Shown: positions 58,527 to 64,000 of the stretch, piece after piece
Layout of the letters: each line of letters begins with the position of its first letter
How positions within the stretch are numbered: position 1 is the first letter of the stretch
NCBI GenBank assembly: GCA_963773315.1
Contig: CAVZAF010000010.1
Coordinates: 42,151 to 106,150, forward strand
Length of the DNA stretch: 64,000 nt
From: an uncultured Acidimicrobiales bacterium
GTDB taxonomy: Bacteria > Actinomycetota > Acidimicrobiia > Acidimicrobiales > DATKAS01
Direction of reading: 5' to 3'
The notes under the pieces: generated by a model
Told to the model about the DNA's origin: nothing
Database searches by the model: none
The model's input: only the letters and a program-made list of their open reading frames with translations
Made by a program: the position numbers and the translations under genes

Positions 58527-59362
58527 GCGGACGCAGCCCGCAGCGCGGCCGCGCACGCTTCGGGCGCGACGGGGTTGAAGAAGACCTCGGAGCCGAGCTC
58601 TCCCGCGGCGATGTAACGAGCGACGCCGGCGTCGCGCCAGGGCGACACGAGATGCGCGTGCAACGGAGGACCGTTCCACTCTCGACCGTCGAAGGGACGT
58701 TGGTGGAACCAGAGCATGTAGGGGAGCGGCCGGTCGTACAGGCGGTCGAGTCGCGCGAGCACGTCGACGAGGAGTGCCGCGAGGTCCGTTCGGTTTGCAG
58801 CTGTCAACGACGGCAGGTCCGGCTGTCGACTCCCCGGCGCGAGGCGGAGATCGATCGGCCACGACGACGCACGCGCGGCCCACGCACTCCATCCCCCCGA
58901 CGAGGCCACATGGCGGTCGGCCCCCGGGGGAGCGCGGTCCGCGAACAGGTCGCCCTCGTGCGCGGGAGCGGGTGGCACGAGATCGAACGAGTAGATCTGG
59001 CCGTGCGGGTGCGCGATCGTCGCGCCGACCTCGGCGCCGCGGTTCTCGAACACCAGTACGTACGCGACGTCGTCACGCGCGCCGAGCGCCGCGCTGCGGT
59101 CGGCCCACAAGTCGACGACGCGGCGCGCGCCCTCGACGCCGAGTGTTGCGAACGTTGCGTCGTGGGTTGGCGTGTAGAGCACGACCTCGCACCTGTCGTC
59201 GGGCATCGCAGGAAAGCGGTTCACGAAGGTCCGCACCTCGTACGGCTCCGGCGATTCGATCCCGCCCACGCAGAACGGGCACGCATCCGCGGGAAGGTTG
59301 GGACGTCCCTGACGGGAGCCGACGACGACCGTCGCGGCACCCGTGAGCGGATCGATCAGCAC
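58523..59362 (-). CDS. galT: Galactose-1-phosphate uridylyltransferase
   Basis: CPFC, NRFP, FENRGAEVGATIAHPHGQIY. Confidence 0.88.
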   Translation of the reverse strand: MLIDPLTGAATVVVGSRQGRPNLPADACPFCVGGIESPEPYEVRTFVNRFPAMPDDRCEVVLYTPTHDATFATLGVEGARRVVDLWADRSAALGARDDVAYVLVFENRGAEVGATIAHPHGQIYSFDLVPPAPAHEGDLFADRAPPGADRHVASSGGWSAWAARASSWPIDLRLAPGSRQPDLPSLTAANRTDLAALLVDVLARLDRLYDRPLPYMLWFHQRPFDGREWNGPPLHAHLVSPWRDAGVARYIAAGELGSEVFFNPVAPEACAAALRAASA

Positions 59363-59387
59363 CGGTCGATCAGCACCGATCGATCAG
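59351..59387. repeat. 14-bp tandem repeat at the LLM stop / galT start junction
   Basis: (a/g)tcgatcagcaccg x2 + atcgatcag. Confidence 0.8.
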
Positions 59388-60280
59388 GACAGGGAGAGCG
59401 CTGCGGCGAGCCGCTCGACCGCGTCGGTGTCGAACGGCGCGCGCAGCGCGATGTTCACCTGGTCGACGCCCCCATCGACGTACTCGGCGATGCGGTCGAG
59501 CACCTCCGCGTCGGTGCCGCCGAGCACACCTGGTCGGACGTAGTCGGCGAGCCCGCCGAATTGCGCTCGCAAGCTCTCCTCCGTCCACGCGAGCCCGAGG
59601 TTCACCGACGTGCGGATCTCGGCGGGATCTCGTCCGACGTCGTCGCAGTGCCGGTGCAGCACCGCGCGCTTGTGCGCGTACATCGCAGGATCGACGAACG
59701 GGATGTTCAGCCCGTCGGCCCACTGCGCGGCGATGCGGAGTGTGCGCTTCTCGCCCTGTCCGCCGATCCAGATCGGAAGTGCCCGCTGCACGGGTTTCGG
59801 GTCACAGCGCGCGTCGTGCAGCTCGAACCACTCGCCCTTGAACGTCGTCGTCTCGTCGCGGAGCAGGCCGCGCACGCACTGGATGGCCTCTTCGAGCTGG
59901 TCGAGCCGCACCTTCACCGCCGGGAACGGGATGCCGTAGGCGCGGTACTCGATCTCGCTCCAGCCCGCGCCGAGCCCGATGTCGGCCCGCCCGCCGCTCA
60001 GGTGGTCGATCGTCGAGATGGCGTTCGCGAGCACCGCGGGATGCCGGTATCCGACCGAGTACACGAGCGAGCCGCAGCGCACCTTGCTGGTGTCACAGGC
60101 GAGCGCGGCATGCGTGGCCACCGCTTCGTGGCACTCACCCTCCTCGGTCAACGTCGCCGAGTAGAAGTGGTCCCACACCGAGATCCAGCCGAAGCCCAGG
60201 TCTTCGACCTGTTGCCAGAGCGCCCTGAGCGACGCCATCGAGGTGTTCTGGAGCCCGGCATGCACGCCGAAGACGGTCAC
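59384..60280 (-). CDS. LLM class F420-dependent oxidoreductase
   Basis: SVWDHF, YRHPAVLA, IDHLSGGR..GLGAGW, IWIGGQGEKRTL. Confidence 0.92.
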   Translation of the reverse strand: MTVFGVHAGLQNTSMASLRALWQQVEDLGFGWISVWDHFYSATLTEEGECHEAVATHAALACDTSKVRCGSLVYSVGYRHPAVLANAISTIDHLSGGRADIGLGAGWSEIEYRAYGIPFPAVKVRLDQLEEAIQCVRGLLRDETTTFKGEWFELHDARCDPKPVQRALPIWIGGQGEKRTLRIAAQWADGLNIPFVDPAMYAHKRAVLHRHCDDVGRDPAEIRTSVNLGLAWTEESLRAQFGGLADYVRPGVLGGTDAEVLDRIAEYVDGGVDQVNIALRAPFDTDAVERLAAALSLS

Positions 60281-60311
60281 GCCGTGACCGTACCCCCCGG
60301 GACCGCAGCCC

Positions 60312-60968
60312 TCAGGATCGCGCCATCGCTTCGAGCGCTCGGATGTTCACCACGTGGAGCGAGCGCCGCCCCGGCAGCACGAGCCCGCGCGCCCGCAGCC
60401 GCTTGATCGCTCCGCTCATGCTCTCGGGGTCGACGCGGAGCATGCCGGCGAGCTCCCCTTGCGTGACGTCGAGCATGACGATGGTGCCTTCCTCGACGCC
60501 ACGCGTGATCGCGAGCTCGACGAGGGTCGCGGCGAGACGCCGATCGACGTCGTTCGGTGCGTGCTCGACCGCGAACGTCGTCGTCGCTCGCAGGCGCGTC
60601 GCCATCACGCGCAGCATCGCAGCGGCGAGGGTCGGATGCTGGGTGAGGAGTTGGTTGAACTCGGGGATGCCCACAGCCGCGAGTCGTGTGGGTTCCGTCG
60701 CGATCGCACTCGCCGAACGGGGACGGCCGTCGATCGCGGAGAGCTCCCCGAACAGCGATCCGACGCCGAACACGCCGAGCTCGACTGCGAAGCCCTCGCG
60801 CGTCGCCTCGACGCGGACCTCGCCTTCGATCACCGCGAGCGCGGGGCCGGGCGGGTCGCCCTCGACGAAGATCCACGCACCCCGCCGATACTCCCTCTCC
60901 TCGCCGGCCGCGAGCACGGCGTCCCAGGCGTCTTTCGGGAGCTCGTTGGTCGTCGTCATGTCGGTCAT
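60312..60968 (-). CDS. Crp/Fnr family transcriptional regulator
   Basis: FGELSAIDGRPRSASA cNMP pocket, TQGELAGML HTH. Confidence 0.9.
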   Translation of the reverse strand: MTDMTTTNELPKDAWDAVLAAGEEREYRRGAWIFVEGDPPGPALAVIEGEVRVEATREGFAVELGVFGVGSLFGELSAIDGRPRSASAIATEPTRLAAVGIPEFNQLLTQHPTLAAAMLRVMATRLRATTTFAVEHAPNDVDRRLAATLVELAITRGVEEGTIVMLDVTQGELAGMLRVDPESMSGAIKRLRARGLVLPGRRSLHVVNIRALEAMARS

Positions 60969-62677
60969 TGCGTAGCCGCTCTTCCGCCCAATCGTGCAAC
61001 CAGCCCACCCGCGGGGGCGGCGCCAGCGCTCTGTGGCACACCGCTGACCGCCGCGACGAACCGGTGGCCGGTGATCCGCATGACGACGCTGGGTTCGGTC
61101 GCCACGACGGACGCCGTCCGTGCGACTCGGCGGAGCAGGCCGATCTCCCCGAACCCCGCCCCGGGTTGCAATCGCGCGACGTGGCGCTCGGGCTCACCGG
61201 GCCGGCCCCACCGAAGCACATCGAGTCCACCCGACACCAGCACGAAGAAGTCGTCCGGGGTGCGCCCTTGCTCGATGACCCGCGCGCCCGCAGCGACGCG
61301 CTCGGTCGTCGCCGTCGCCGCGAGGGCCTCGAGCGTGGGACGCAGCGCACCCGTCAGCCAGGGCAGTCCCGCGAGGAGGACGACGTCCGGTTCCAGGAGC
61401 GCGCTCCGCTGCGCCGCGCGTCGAGCCGCACGATGGAGCCATCCGGCGAGGACGATGGCTGTCATCGGCACGACCGCGCCCACTAGGACGAGCGACTCGC
61501 GCAGCCCGATGATGTCGATCAGCGTCGGTGCGATGAGCGACCCGAGCAGGATCGCGCAGACCATCAACGAGTCCAGGATGCCGAACACGCTCGCGATCAC
61601 ACGGCGCGGGGTTGCTCGCTGCAGCATCGTCAGGGCGAGCACCTCGGTGAGCACCGATCCCACTCCGGACACGAGCATCAGGGCTGCGGCGACCTGTGGC
61701 AGGTCGACGAGAGCGAGCAGAGCCACGGGCACGCCGGCGAGAAGGGTCGTGCATGCGATGAGCGGGAGTGGCCGCTGCGACCGCGCGAGCCAGCTCGTGA
61801 GCAGCACGCCGATGAAGGCGCCGACACCGAGCGCAGCATTCAGCGCGGCGAAGCCCGACCGTCCCTTGCCTAGGAGCTCGTCGGCGACGAGCACGAGGCC
61901 GACCAAGGACCCGCCGTAGACGAGGTTCACGGCGACGACGAGCAGGAGTGGCGCGGCGACCTCCCCGGACGAGGTGATCGCCCGGATGCCGGCAGTCAGG
62001 GGCGACCCCCGATCCTGGGCGTCGTCGACCTGAGAGTCGTCGGTGGTCGCACACTCCCCGCGATCCTGGAGCTTCGCGATCGGTGCGAGGGCGACTCCGA
62101 AGATGAGGGCGTTGACGAACATCGCGGTCGCGGGCGATCCGAGGACGAGTGCTGCGGCTCCGGCCGCCGGTCCCGCGATGAACGCGAGCGTCTCGAGGCC
62201 GGTGAGGATCGCATTCGCCGGCGCGAGCTCCTGCTCGGGCACCACCGCGGGGATCGCGGCGGCGAGACACGGGTAGCACGGCGTGCCGCACGCGGTGAAG
62301 CAGAACGCGAGCACCACGATGAGGAGCGGAGGCGCCGCTGCGAAGAGCGCGACCCCGAGGAGGGTCGCCAACGCAGCTCTCGCGGAGATCGACAGAGCGA
62401 GGAGCGTCTTCCGCGGGATGCGATCGGCGAGCACTCCGGCCAGGCCCGAGAGCAAGACGTAGGGCACCAACCGCGCCGCGGCGGCGAACGCAACCCATGT
62501 CGCGGAGCCGGTCTGCTCGAAGATCGCGACGGTGATCGCGACCGTGCCGAAGGTCTGCCCGATCGCCTGCAACGAGTACGCGACCATCAGCCATCGGAAC
62601 TCGCGCGCCCGCAGCGCGGACCGGAAGCTCGGGCGAGCGACGGCCGGCCCGACGACCCGTGCGTCGATCGCAGTCAT
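60965..62677 (-). CDS. MFS transporter with C-terminal cyclic-nucleotide-binding domain
   Basis: About 12 TMs, GVLADR motif A, GFGEIGLLRRVARTASV. Confidence 0.9.
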   Translation of the reverse strand: MTAIDARVVGPAVARPSFRSALRAREFRWLMVAYSLQAIGQTFGTVAITVAIFEQTGSATWVAFAAAARLVPYVLLSGLAGVLADRIPRKTLLALSISARAALATLLGVALFAAAPPLLIVVLAFCFTACGTPCYPCLAAAIPAVVPEQELAPANAILTGLETLAFIAGPAAGAAALVLGSPATAMFVNALIFGVALAPIAKLQDRGECATTDDSQVDDAQDRGSPLTAGIRAITSSGEVAAPLLLVVAVNLVYGGSLVGLVLVADELLGKGRSGFAALNAALGVGAFIGVLLTSWLARSQRPLPLIACTTLLAGVPVALLALVDLPQVAAALMLVSGVGSVLTEVLALTMLQRATPRRVIASVFGILDSLMVCAILLGSLIAPTLIDIIGLRESLVLVGAVVPMTAIVLAGWLHRAARRAAQRSALLEPDVVLLAGLPWLTGALRPTLEALAATATTERVAAGARVIEQGRTPDDFFVLVSGGLDVLRWGRPGEPERHVARLQPGAGFGEIGLLRRVARTASVVATEPSVVMRITGHRFVAAVSGVPQSAGAAPAGGLVARLGGRAATQ

Positions 62678-63843
62678 TCGATGGGGAGGTAGTGCGCGGC
62701 GAGCGGCGCGAACCCGTTGAATCCGACAGTCGAGTAGGTCGTCGTGTACGCGCCCGCGGCCACGATGTCGACGCGATCGCCGTCCTGCAGGGCGAGGGGG
62801 AGGTGGTACGAGTGGCGCTGATAGAGGATGTCAGCGCTGTCGCACGTCGGACCCGCGATCACCACCGGTCCGCACTCGGTGCCGTCCTGCGGCGTGCGCA
62901 TCCGATAGCGAATCGCCTCGCCCATGGCCTCGGCGAGACCGCCGAACATCCCCACGTCGAGGTACACCCAACGCTGCTCGTCGTAGTCGGACTTGCGAGC
63001 GACCAGGACGACCTCGGTCTGCAGCACTCCTGCGTCGGCCACGAGGTAGCGGCCGGGCTCTGCGATCACGAACGGAAGGTCCGGGCCGAGGCGACGCTGT
63101 AGCGCGAGGGTGATCGCGTCGCCGTAAGCCTCGATCGGCGGCGCCGGTTCGAGGTACGAGCCTGGGAAGCCGCCACCGATGTTGACGATGGCGGGCTCGA
63201 TGTCGCGAGCCGCGGAGCATGGAATACAGGTCCGCGACGATCGCGAGCTGGCGGTCCCACGCCTGCACGTCCCGCTGTTGCGACCCGACGTGGAACGACA
63301 CGCCGACTCCGAGCCCGTGGTCCGCGGCGCGCACCATCAACCGGCTGACGAGCTCGGTCTCGCACCCGAACTTGCGGGACAGCGGCCAGTCGGCGCCCAT
63401 GCCGTCGCACAGCATGCGGCAGAAGACCGTCGAGCCCGGTGCGGTCGCGATCACCTTGTCGAGCTCGCGTTCGCAGTCGACAGCGAACAGGCGGACGCCC
63501 TTCGCGTACGCGTGCTCGATGGCCGCGACCTTCTTCACGGTGTTCCCGTACGAGATCCGCGCCGGGTCGGCTCCCGCGGCGAGGCAGGCGTCGACCTCGC
63601 CCGGGCTCGCAACGTCGAACGAGGCGCCGAGGTCGGTGAGGAGCTCGAGCACCTCCGGCGCGGGGTTCGCCTTCACCGCGAAGAAGATCGCGGCGACGGG
63701 AATCGCACAAGCCAGGCTCAGGTAGCGCTCACGGACCACTTCGAGGTCGACGACGACGAAAGGCGTCTCGCAGCGCTCGCTGCTCAAGAACTCCTCGATG
63801 CGAGTGCTCGGGATCGTGGCGCCAGCATGAGCGCAGTGCTCAC
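62674..63843 (-). CDS. Type III PLP-dependent ornithine/lysine decarboxylase (apparent frameshifts near 63818 and 63214)
   Basis: FAVKAN, FDVASPGE, KFGC, SFHVGSQ, NIGGGFP, AEPGRY, GPTCDS, GAYT. Confidence 0.88.
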
Positions 63844-63914
63844 GGGCGTAAAGTCGCCGAGATCACAGACGCCCAGCGACCTGGGACACAGGCGGGGGAC
63901 AGAGGAGGCACACG

Positions 63915-64000
63915 ATGGCCGGACCGCTCGCCGGATATCGCATCATCGAGATCGCGGGGATCGGCCCCGGGCCGTTCTGCGCCATGTTGCTCGCAGACAT
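63915..64000 (+). CDS. CaiB/BaiF family protein (alpha-methylacyl-CoA racemase-like), runs off the window
   Basis: [28 protein letters not shown]; GAGGAGG RBS. Confidence 0.85.
   Translation, partial: MAGPLAGYRIIEIAGIGPGPFCAMLLAD

Overview
High-GC (roughly 70% by eye) chromosomal segment of an actinomycete. NucS, Kgd, UvrD2 and F420-type LLM enzymes mark it as actinobacterial, and it is probably Acidimicrobiia-like (inference). It holds about 63 densely packed CDS, mostly housekeeping or lipid/CoA catabolic. I saw no rRNA, tRNA, CRISPR array, transposase, integrase or phage genes. At least seven single-base frameshifts interrupt otherwise intact genes (pirin, PEP-utiliser, SGNH-like, kgd, galK, ornithine decarboxylase x2) and look like long-read errors. 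The most striking unexplained element is the ~690-bp non-coding gap upstream of uvrD2 (55116-55806). It contains a helically phased array of DnaA-box-like 9-mers, a 17-bp-spaced sigma70-type promoter, and a ~360-nt purine-rich minus-strand stretch packed with GNRA/UUCG-capped hairpins. I read this as a candidate large structured ncRNA that I cannot assign to a known family. Other candidates: a two-component system/Mo-enzyme/redoxin/Met-heptad lipoprotein module; a tandem pair of ATP-grasp-less PEP-utiliser (RPH/PpsA-like) enzymes; a repeat-bearing exported peptide beside a STAND-LuxR regulator; a mini-ORF translational-coupling relay after ettA; a split PuuD-like/cytochrome c pair; an NYN-S1-histone-like protein; and an ornithine decarboxylase/cNMP-MFS/Crp operon.
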